A model generated the notes under the pieces. That model was given only the letters and a program-made list of their open reading frames with translations. It made no database searches and had not been told where the DNA came from. Positions 10,301 through 22,300 of a stretch of 64,000 nucleotides of DNA are shown here, piece by piece. The stretch comes from the human T2T-CHM13v2.0 reference genome, Homo sapiens. Position numbers and translations under genes: made by a program. Every line of letters begins with the position of its first letter. Within the stretch, counting starts at the first letter, position 1. The DNA lies in assembly GCF_009914755.1 (NCBI RefSeq), contig NC_060946.1, one strand, 5' to 3'.

Positions 10301-13300
10301 ACAAACAAGTTTCACAGAATGCTTCTTTCTAGCTTGTAGGGGAAGATATTCCCTTTATCACCATGGTCTTCAAACCGTCCGAAACGTCCACTTCCATATA
10401 CTACAAAAAGAGTGTTTCAAACCTGCTCTATGAAAGGCAATGTTCAACTCTGTGACTTGAATGCAGACATCACAGAGCAGTTTCTGAGAATGCTTCTGTC
10501 TAGATTTTATAGGAAGATATTCCCGTTTCCAACGAAATCTTCACAGCTATCCAAATATCCACTTGCAGATTCTACAAAAAGAGTGTATCAAAACTGCTCT
10601 GTCAAAAGGAAGGTTCTTCTCTGTTAGGTGAGTGCATACGTCATAAAGGAGTTTCTGAGAATGTTTCTGTCTAGTGGTTATGGGAAGATATTTGCTTTTT
10701 CCCCGTAGACCTCAGAGCGCTACAAATGTCCACTTGCACATGCTACAAAAAGAGTGCTTCAAAGCTGCTCTCTGAAAGGGAATGTTCAACTCTATGAGTT
10801 GAATGTAAACATCACAAAGACGTTTCTGAGAATGCTTCTGTCTAGATTTGATATGAAGATATTCCCGTTTCCAACGAAATCTTCAAATCTATCCAAATGT
10901 CCACTTGCAGATTCAACAAAAAGTGTTTTTCAAAACTGCTGTATCAAAAGAAAGATCCACGTCTGTTAGCTGAGTTCACACATCACAAACAAGTTTATGA
11001 GAATGCTTCTGTCTAGTTTTTATTTGAAGATATTTCCTTTCTCACCATAGACCTGAAAGCTGTCCTAATGTTCACTTCCAGATACTACAGAAAGAGTGTT
11101 TCAAAACTGCTGTACGAAAGGGAATGTTCAACTCTGTGACTTGAATGCACACATCACAAAGAAGTTTCTGAGGATGCTGCTGTCTACTTTTTATACGTAA
11201 TCCCGTTTCCAACGAAATCCTCCAAGCTATCCAAATATCCACTTGCAGATTCCACAGAAAGACTGTTTCAAAACTGCTCTGTCAATAGAAAGGTTCAACT
11301 CTGTTAGCTGCGTGCATATATCCCAAAGAAGATTTTGAGATTGCTTCTGTCTAGTTTTTATGGGAAGATATTTCCCTTTTCACCGTAGGTGTCAAGGCTC
11401 TCCAAATGTCCACTTCCAGATACTACAAAAAGAGTGTTTCAAACCTACTCTGTGAAAGGGAATATTCAACTCTGTGACTTGAATGCACATATCACAAAGA
11501 AGTTTCTGAGAATGCTTCTGTCGAGATTTTATATGAAGATATTCCCGTTTCCAAAGAAATCCTGAAATCTATCCAAATATCCCCTCGCAGATTCTACAAA
11601 AAGAGTGTTTCAAAACTGTTCTGTAAAAAGAAAGGTTCAACTCTGTTAGTTGAGTACACACATCACAAACAAGTATCACAGAATGCTTCTTTCTAGTTTG
11701 TAGGGAAAGATATTCCCTTTATCACCATGGGCGTCAAACCGTCCGAAACGTCCACTTCCATATACTTCAAAAAGAGCGTTTCAAACCTGCTCTATGAAAG
11801 GCAATGTTCAACTCTGTGACTTGAATGCAGACATCACAGAGCTGTTTCTGAGAATGCTTCTGTCTAGATTTTATAGGATGATATTCCCGTTTCCAACGAA
11901 ATCTTCACAGCTATCCAAATATCCACTTGCAGATTCTACAAAAAGAGTGTATCCAAACTGCTCTGGCAAAAGGAAGGTTCTTCTCTGTTAGGTGAGTGCA
12001 TACGTCATAAAGGAGTTTCTGAGAATGTTTCTGTCTAGTGGTTATGGGAAGATATTTGCTTTTTCACCGTAGGCCTCAGAGCGCTCCAAATATCCACTTG
12101 CACATACTACAAAAAGAGTGCCTCAAAGCTGCTCTCTGAAATGGAATGTTCAACTCTATGAGTTGAATGCAAACATCACAAAGACGTTTCTGAGAATGCT
12201 TCTGTCTAGATTTGATATGAAGATATTCCCGTTTCCAACGAAATCTTCAAATCTATCCAAATGTCCACTTGCAGATTCAACAAAAAGTGTTTTTCAGAAC
12301 TGCTCTATCAAAAGAAAGATCCACCTCTGTTAGCTGAGTTCACACATCCAAACAAGTTTATGAGAATGCTTCTGTCTAGTTTTTATTTGAAGATATTTCC
12401 TTTCTCACCATAGACCTGAAAGCTGTCCTAATGTTCACTTCCAGATACTACAGAAAGAGTGTTTAAAAACTGCTGTACGAAAGGGAATGTTCAACTCTGT
12501 GACTTGAATGCACACATCACAAAGAAGTTTCTGAGGATGCTGCTGTCTACTTTTTATACGTAATCCCGTTTCCAACGAAATCCTCCAAGCTATCCAAATA
12601 TCCACTTGCAGATTCCACAGAAAGACTGTTTCAAAACTGCTCTGTCAATAGAAAGGTTCAACTCTGTTAGCTGCGTGCATATATCCCAAAGAAGATTCTG
12701 AGATTGCTTCTGTCTAGTTTTTATGGGAAGATATTTCCCTTTTCACCGTAGGTGTCAAGGCTCTCCAAATGTCCACTTCCAGATACTACAAAAAGAGTGT
12801 TTCAAACCTACTCTGTGAAAAGGAATATTCAACCCTGTGACTTTAATGCACATATCACAAAGAAGTTTCTGAGAATGCTTCTGTCGAGATTTTATATGAA
12901 GATATTCCCGTTTCCAAAGAAATCCTGAAATCTATCCAAATATCCCCTCGCAGATTCTACAAAAAGAGTGTTTCAAAACTGCTCTGTAAAAAGAAAGGTT
13001 CAACTCTGTTAGTTGAGTACACACATCACAAACAAGTTTCACAGAATGCTTCTTTCTAGCTTGTAGGGGAAGATATTCCCTTTATCACCATGGGCCTCCA
13101 ACCGTCCGAAACGTCCACTTCCATATACTACAAAAAGAGCGTTTCAAACCTGCTCTAGGAAAGGCAATGTTCAACTCTGTGACTTGAATGCAGACATCAC
13201 AGAGCAGTTTCTGAGAATGCTTCTGTCTAGATTTTATAGGAAGATATTCCCGTTTCCAACGAAATCTTCACAGCTATCCAAATATCCACTTGCAGATTCT

Positions 13301-16300
13301 ACAAAAAGAGTGTATCAAAACTGCTCTGTCAAAAGGAAGGTTCTTCTCTGTTAGGTGAGTGCATACGTCATAAAGGAGTTTCTGAGAATGTTTCTGTCTA
13401 GTGGTTATGGGAAGATATTTGCTTTTTCACCGTAGGCCTCAGAGCGCTCCAAATATCCACTTGCACATACTACAAAAAGAGTGCCTCAAAGCTGCTCTTT
13501 GAAACGGAATGTTCAACTCTATGAGTTGAATGCAAACATCACAAAGACGTTTCTGAGAATGCTTCTGTCTAGATTTGATATGAAGATATTCCCGTTTCCA
13601 ACGAAATCTTCAAATCTATCCAAATGTCCACTTGCAGATTCAACAAAAAGTGTTTTTCAGAACTGCTCTATCAAAAGAAAGATCCACCTCTGTTAGCTGA
13701 GTTCACACATCACAAACAAGTTTATGAGAATGCTTCTGTCTAGTTTTTATTTGAAGATATTTCCTTTCTCACCATAGACCTGAAAGCTGTCCTAATGTTC
13801 ACTTCCAGATACTACAGAAAGAGTGTTTCAAAACTGCTGTACGAAAGGGAATGTTCAACTCTGTGACTTGAATGCACACATCACAAAGAAGTTTCTGAGG
13901 ATGCTGCTGTCTACTTTTTATATGTAATCCCGTTTCCAACGAAATCCTCCAAGCTATCCAAATATCCACTTGCAGATTCCACAGAAAGACTGTTTCAAAA
14001 CTGCTCTGTCAATAGAAAGGTTCAACTCTGTTAGCTGCGTGCATATATCCCAAAGAAGATTCTGAGATTGCTTCTGTCTAGTTTTTATGGGAAGATATTT
14101 CCCTTTTCACCGTAGGCGTCAAGGCGCTCCAAATGTCCACTTCCAGATACTACAAAAAGAGTGTTTCAAACCTACTCTGTGAAAGGGAATATTCAACTCT
14201 GTGACTTGAATGCACATATCACAAAGAAGTTTCTGGTAATGCTTCTGTCGAGATTTTATATGAAGATATTCCCGTTTCCAACGAAATCCTGAAATCTATC
14301 CAAATATCCCCTAGCAGATTCTACAAAAAGAGTGTTTCAAAACTGCTCTGTAAAAAGAAAGGTTCAACTCTGTTAGTTGAGTACACACATCACAAACAAG
14401 TTTCACAGAATGCTTCTTTCTAGCTTGTAGGGGAAGATATTCCCTTTATCACCATGGGCCTCCAACCGTCCGAAACATCCACTTCCATATACTACAAAAA
14501 GAGCGTTTCAAACCTGCTCTATGAATGGCAATGTTCAACTCTGTGACTTGAATGCAGACATCACAGAGCAGTTTCTGAGAATGCTTCCGTCTAGATTTTA
14601 TAGGAAGATATTCCCGTTTCCAACGAAATCTTCACAGCTATCCAAATATCCACTTGCAGATTCTACAAAAAGAGTGTATCAAAACTGCTCTGTCAAAAGG
14701 AAGGTTCTTCTCTGTTAGGTGAGTGCATACGTCATAAAGGAGTTTCTGAGAATGTTTCTGTCTAGTGGTTATGGGAAGATATTTGCTTTTTCACCGTAGG
14801 CCTCAGAGCGCTCCAAATATCCACTTGCACATACTACAAAAAGAGTGCCTCAAAGCTGCTCTCTGAAACGGAATGTTCAACTCTATGAGTTGAATGCAAA
14901 CATCACAAAGACGTTTCTGAGAATGCTTCTGTCTAGATTTGATATGAAGATATTCCCGTTTCCAACGAAATCTTCAAATCTATCCAAATGTCCACTTGCA
15001 GATTCAACAAAAAGTGTTTTTCAGAACTGCTCTATCAAAAGAAAGATCCACCTCTGTTAGCTGAGTTCACACATCACAAACAAGTTTATGAGAATGCTTC
15101 TGTCTAGTTTTTATTTGAAGATATTTCCTTTCTCACCATAGACCTGAAAGCTGTCCTAATGTTCACTTCCAGATACTACAGAAAGAGTGTTTCAAAACTG
15201 CTGTACGAAAGGGAATGTTCAACTCTGTGACTTGAATGCACACATCACAAAGAAGTTTCTGAGGATGCTGCTGTCTACTTTTTATACGTAATCCCGTTTC
15301 CAACGAAATCCTCCAAGCTATCCAAATATCCACTTGCAGATTCCACAGAAAGACTGTTTCAAAACTGCTCTGTCAATAGAAAGGTTCAACTCTGTTAGCT
15401 GCGTGCATATATCCCAGAGAAGATTCTGAGATTCCTTCTGTCTAGTTTTTATGGGAAGATATTTCCCTTTTCACCGTAGGCGTCAAGGCGCTCCAAATGT
15501 CCACTTCCAGATACTACAAAAAGAGTGTTTCAAACCTACTCTGTGAAAGGGAATATTCAACTCTGTGACTTGAATGCACATATCACAAAGAAGTTTCTGA
15601 GAATGCTTCTGTCGAGATTTTATATGAAGATATTCCCGTTTCCAACGAAATCCTGAAATCTATCCAAATATCCCCTCGCAGATTCTACAAAAAGAGTGTT
15701 TCAAAACTGCTCTGTAAAAAGAAAGGTTCAACTCTGTTAGTTGAGTACACACATCACAAACAAGTTTCACAGAATGCTTCTTTCTAGCTTGTAGGGGAAG
15801 ATATTCCCTTTATCACCATGGTCCTCAAACCGTCCGAAACGTCCACTTCCATATACTACAAAAAGAGCGTTTCAAACCTGCTCTAGGAAAGGCAATGTTC
15901 AACTCTGTGACTTGAATGCAGACATCACAGAGCAGTTTCTGAGAATGCTTCTGTCTAGATTTTATAGGAAGATATTCCCGTTTCCAACGAAATCTTCACA
16001 GCTATCCAAATATCCACTTGCAGATTCTACAAAAAGAGTGTATCAAAACTGCTCTGTCAAAAGGAAGGTTCTTCTCTGTTAGGTGAGTGCATACGTCATA
16101 AAGGAGTTTCTGAGAATGTTTCTGTCTAGTGGTTATGGGAAGATATTTGCTTTTTCACCGTAGGCCTCAGAGCGCTCCAAATATCCACTTGCACATACTA
16201 CAAAAAGAGTGCCTCAAAGCTGCTCTCTGAAACGGAATGTTCAACTCTATGAGTTGAATGCAAACATCACAAAGACGTTTCTGAGAATGCTTCTGTCTAG

Positions 16301-19300
16301 ATTTGATATGAAGATATTCCCGTTTCCAACGAAATCTTCAAATCTATCCAAATGTCCACTTGCAGATTCAACAAAAAGTGTTTTTCAGAACTGCTGTATC
16401 AAAAGAAAGATCCACGTCTGTTAGCTGAGTTCACACATCACAAACAAGTTTATGAGAATGCTTCTGTCTAGTTTTTATTTGAAGATATTTCCTTTCTCAC
16501 CATAGACCTGAAAGCTGTCCTAATGTTCACTTCCAGATACTACAGAAAGAGTGTTTCAAAACTGCTGTACGAAAGGGAATGTTCAACTCTGTGACTTGAA
16601 TGCACACATCACAAAGAAGTTTCTGAGGATGCTGCTGTCTACTTTTTATACGTAATCCCGTTTCCAACGAAATCCTCCAAGCTATCCAAATATCCACTTG
16701 CAGATTCCACAGAAAGACTGTTTCAAAACTGCTCTGTCAATAGAAAGGTTCAACTCTGTTAGCTGCGTGCATATATCCCAAAGAAGATTCTGAGATTGCT
16801 TCTGTCTAGTTTTTATGGGAAGATATTTCCCTTTTCACCGTAGGCGTCAAGGCGCTCCAAATGTCCACTTCCAGATACTACAAAAAGAGTGTTTCAAACC
16901 TACTCTGTGAAAGCGAATATTCAACTCTGTGACTTGAATGCACATATCACAAAGAAGTTTCTGAGAATGCTTCTGTCGAGATTTTATATGAAGATATTCC
17001 CGTTTCCAACGAAATCCTGAAATCTATCCAAATATCCCCTCGCAGATTCTACAAAAAGAGTGTTTCAAAACTGCTCTGTAAAAAGAAAGGTTCAACTCTG
17101 TTAGTTGAGTACACACATCACAAACAAGTTTCACAGAATGCTTCTTTCTAGCTTGTAGGGGAAGATATTCCCTTTATCACCATGGGCCTCCAACCGTCCG
17201 AAACGTCCACTTCCATATACTACCAAAAGAGCGTTTCAAACCTGCTCTAGGAAAGGCAATGTTCAACTCTGTGACTTGAATGCAGACATCACAGAGCAGT
17301 TTCTGAGAATGCTTCTGTCTAGATTTTATAGGAAGATATTCCCGTTTCCAACGAAATCTTCACAGCTATCCAAATATCCACTTGCAGATTCTACAAAAAG
17401 AGTGTATCAAAACTGCTCTGTCAAAAGGAAGGTTCTTCTCTGTTAGGTGAGTGCATACGTCATAAAGGAGTTTCTGAGAATGTTTCTGTCTAGTGGTTAT
17501 GGGAAGATATTTGCTTTTTCACCGTAGGCCTCAGAGCGCTCCAAATATCCACTTGCACATACTACAAAAAGAGTGCCTCAAAGCTGCTCTCTGAAACGGA
17601 ATGTTCAACTCTATGAGTTGAATGCAAACATCACAAAGACGTTTCTGAGAATGCTTCTGTCTAGATTTGTTATGAAGATATTCCCGTTTCCAACGAAATC
17701 TTCAAATCTATCCAAATGTCCACTTGCAGATTCAACAAAAAGTGTTTTTCAGAACTGCTCTATCAAAAGAAAGATCCACCTCTGTTAGCTGAGTTCACAC
17801 ATCACAAACAAGTTTATGAGAATGCTTCTGTCTAGTTTTTATTTGAAGATATTTCCTTTCTCACCATAGACCTGAAAGCTGTCCTAATGTTCACTTCCAG
17901 ATACTACAGAAAGAGTGTTTAAAAACTGCTGTACGAAAGGGAATGTTCAACTCTGTGACTTGAATGCACACATCACAAAGAAGTTTCTGAGGATGCTGCT
18001 GTCTACTTTTTATACGTAATCCCGTTTCCAACGAAATCCTCCAAGCTATCCAAATATCCACTTGCAGATTCCACAGAAAGACTGTTTCAAAACTGCTCTG
18101 TCAATAGAAAGGTTCAACTCTGTTAGCTGCGTGCATATATCCCAAAGAAGATTCTGAGATTGCTTCTGTCTAGTTTTTATGGGAAGATATTTCCCTTTTC
18201 ACCGTAGGCGTCAAGGCGCTCCAAATGTCCACTTCCAGATACTACAAAAAGAGTGTTTCAAACCTACTCTGTGAAAGGGAATATTCAACTCTGTGACTTG
18301 AATGCACATATCACAAAGAAGTTTCTGAGAATGCTTCTGTCGAGATTTTATATGAAGATGTTCCCGTTTCCAACGAAATCCTGAAATCTATCCAAATATC
18401 ACCTCGCAGATTCTACAAAAAGAGTGTTTCAAAACTGCTCTGTAAAAAGAAAGTTTCAATTCTGTTACTTGAGTACACACATCACAAACAAGTTTCACAG
18501 AATGCTTCTTTCTAGCTTGTAGGGGAAGATATTCCCTTTATCACCATGGTCCTCAAACCGTCCGAAACGTCCACTTCCATATACAACAAAAAGAGCGTTT
18601 CAAACCTGCTCTATGAAAGGCAATGTTCAACTCTGTGACTTGAATGCAGACATCACAGAGCAGTTTCTGAGAATGCTTCTGTCTAGATTTTATAGGAAGA
18701 TATTCCCGTTTCCAACGAAATCTTCACAGCTATCCAAATATCCACTTGCAGATTCTACAAAAAGAGTGTATCAAAACTGCTCTGTCAAAAGGAAGGTTCT
18801 TCTCTGTTAGGTGAGTGCATACATCATAAAGGAGTTTCTCAGAATGTTTCTGTCTAGTGGTTATGGGAAGATATTTGCTTTTTCACCGTAGGCCTCAGAG
18901 CGCTCCAAATATCCACTTGCACATACTACAAAAAGAGTGCCTCAAAGCTGCTCTCTGAAACGGAATGTTCAACTCTATGAGTTGAATGCAAACATCACAA
19001 AGACGTTTCTGAGAATGCTTCTGTCTAGATTTGATATGAAGATATTCCCGTTTCCAACGAAATCTTCAAATCTATCCAAATGTCCACTTGCAGATTCAAC
19101 AAAAAGTGTTTTTCAGAACTGCTCTATCAAAAGAAAGATCCACCTCTGTTAGCTGAGTTCACACATCACAAACAAGTTTATGAGAATGCTTCTGTCTAGT
19201 TTTTATTTGAAGATATTTCCTTTCTCACCATAGACCTGAAAGCTGTCCTAATGTTCACTTCCAGATACTACAGAAAGAGTGTTTCAAAACTGCTGTACGA

Positions 19301-22300
19301 AAGGGAATGTTCAACTCTGTGACTTGAATGCACACATCACAAAGAAGTTTCTGAGGATGCTGCTGTCTACTTTTTATACGTAATCCCGTTTCCAACGAAA
19401 TCCTCCAAGCTATCCAAATATCCACTTGCAGATTCCACAGAAAGACTGTTTCAAAACTGCTCTGTCAATAGAAAGGTTCAACTCTGTTAGCTGCGTGCAT
19501 ATATCCCAAAGAAGATTCTGAGATTGCTTCTGTCTAGTTTTTATGGGAAGATATTTCCCTTTTCACCGTAGGCGTCAAGGCGCTCCAAATGTCCACTTCC
19601 AGATACTACAAAAAGAGTGTTTCAAACCTACTCTGTGAAAGGGAATATTCAACTCTGTGACTTGAATGCACATATCACAAAGAAGTTTCTGAGAATGCTT
19701 CTGTCGAGATTTTATATGAAGATATTCCCGTTTCCAACGAAATCCTGAAATCTATCCAAATATCCCCTCGCAGATTCTACAAAAAGAGTGTTTCAAAACT
19801 GTTCTGTAAAAAGAAAGGTTCAACTCTGTTAGTTGAGTACACACATCACAAACAAGTATCACAGAATGCTTCTTTCTAGCTTGTAGGGGAAGATATTCCC
19901 TTTATCACCATGGGCCTCAAACCGTCCGAAACGTCCACTTCCATATACTTCAAAAAGAGCGTTTCAAACCTGCTCTATGAAAGGCAATGTTCAACTCTCT
20001 GACTTGAATGCAGACATCACAGAGCTGTTTATGAGAATGCTTCTGTCTAGATTTTATAGGATGATATTCCCGTTTCCAACGAAATCTTCACAGCTATCCA
20101 AATATCCACTTGCAGATTCTACAAAAAGAGTGTATCCAAACTGCTCTGGCAAAAGGAAGGTTCTTCTCTGTTAGGTGAGTGCATACGTCATAAAGGAGTT
20201 TCTGAGAATGTTTCTGTCTAGTGGTTATGGGAAGATATTTGCTTTTTCACCGTAGGCCTCAGAGCGCTCCAAATATCCACTTGCACATACTACAAAAAGA
20301 GTGCCTCAAAGCTGCTCTCTGAAATGGAATGTTCAACTCTATGAGTTGAATGCAAACATCACAAAGACGTTTCTGAGAATGCTTCTGTCTAGATTTGATA
20401 TGAAGATATTCCCGTTTCCAACGAAATCTTCAAATCTATCCAAATGTCCACTTGCAGATTCAACAAAAAGTGTTTTTCAGAACTGCTCTATCAAAAGAAA
20501 GATCCACCTCTGTTAGCTGAGTTCACACATCCAAACAAGTTTATGAGAATGCTTCTGTCTAGTTTTTATTTGAAGATATTTCCTTTCTCACCATAGACCT
20601 GAAAGCTGTCCTAATGTTCACTTCCAGATACTACAGAAAGAGTGTTTCAAAACTGCTGTACGAAAGGGAATGTTCAACTCTGTGACTTGAATGCACACAT
20701 CACAAAGAAGTTTCTGAGGATGCTGCTGTCTACTTTTTATACGTAATCCCGTTTCCAACGAAATCCTCCAAGCTATCCAAATATCCACTTGCAGATTCCA
20801 CAGAAAGACTGTTTCAAAACTGCTCTGTCAATAGAAAGGTTCAACTCTGTTAGCTGCGTGCATATATCCCAAAGAAGATTCTGAGATTGCTTCTGTCTAG
20901 TTTTTATGGGAAGATATTTCCCTTTTCACCGTAGGTGTCAAGGCGCTCCAAATGTCCACTTCCAGATACTACAAAAAGAGTGTTTCAAACCTACTCTGTG
21001 AAAAGGAATATTCAACTGTGTGACTTGAATGCACATATCACAAAGAAGTTTCTGAGAATGCTTCTGTCGAGATTTTATATGAAGATATTCCCGTTTCCAA
21101 CGAAATCCTGAAATCTATCCAAATATCCCCTCGCAGATTCTACAAAAAGAGTGTTTCAAAACTGCTCTGTAAAAAGAAAGGTTCAACTCTGTTAGTTGAG
21201 TACACACATCACAAACAAGTTTCACAGAATGCTTCTTTCTAGCTTGTAGGGGAAGATATTCCCTTTATCACCATGGGCCTCCAACCGTCCGAAACGTCCA
21301 CTTCCATATACTACCAAAAGAGCGTTTCAAACCTGCTCTAGGAAAGGCAATGTTCAACTCTGTGACTTGAATGCAGACATCACAGAGCAGTTTCTGAGAA
21401 TGCTTCTGTCTAGATTTTATAGGAAGATATTCCCGTTTCCAACGAAATCTTCACAGCTATCCAAATATCCACTTGCAGATTCTACAAAAAGAGTGTATCA
21501 AAACTGCTCTGTCAAAAGGAAGGTTCTTCTCTGTTAGGTGAGTGCATACGTCATAAAGGAGTTTCTGAGAATGTTTCTGTCTAGTGGTTATGGGAAGATA
21601 TTTGCTTTTTCACCGTAGGCCTCAGAGCGCTCCAAATATCCACTTGCACATACTACAAAAAGAGTGCCTCAAAGCTGCTCTCTGAAACGGAATGTTCAAC
21701 TCTATGAGTTGAATGCAAACATCACAAAGACGTTTCTGAGAATGCTTCTGTCTAGATTTGATATGAAGATATTCCCGTTTCCAACGAAATCTTCAAATCT
21801 ATCCAAATGTCCACTTGCAGATTCAACAAAAAGTGTTTTTCAGAACAGCTCTATCAAAAGAAAGATCCACCTCTGTTAGCTGAGTTCACACATCACAAAC
21901 AAGTTTATGAGAATGCTTCTGTCTAGTTTTTATTTGAAGATATTTCCTTTCTCACCATAGACCTGAAAGCTGTCCTAATGTTCACTTCCAGATACTACAG
22001 AAAGAGTGTTTCAAAACTGCTGTACGAAAGGGAATGTTCAACTCTGTGACTTGAATGCACACATCACAAAGAAGTTTCTGAGGATGCTGCTGTCTACTTT
22101 TTATACGTAATCCCGTTTCCAACGAAATCCTCCAAGCTATCCAAATATCCACTTGCAGATTCCACAGAAAGACTGTTTCAAAACTGCTCTGTCAATAGAA
22201 AGGTTCAACTCTGTTAGCTGCGTGCATATATCCCAAAGAAGATTCTGAGATTGCTTCTGTCTAGTTTTTATGGGAAGATATTTCCCTTTTCACCGTAGGC

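Larger units (their letters stand above)
460..15400. repeat. Tandem super-repeat: 6-HOR block (about 460-8640) followed by a 5-HOR copy (about 8640-15400)
   Basis: Private variants recur at offset 8183 (ORF 2229/10412, patch 2519/10702) and then at offset 6819 (ORFs 4975/11794 and 7702/14521). Boundaries are approximate. Confidence 0.88.
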
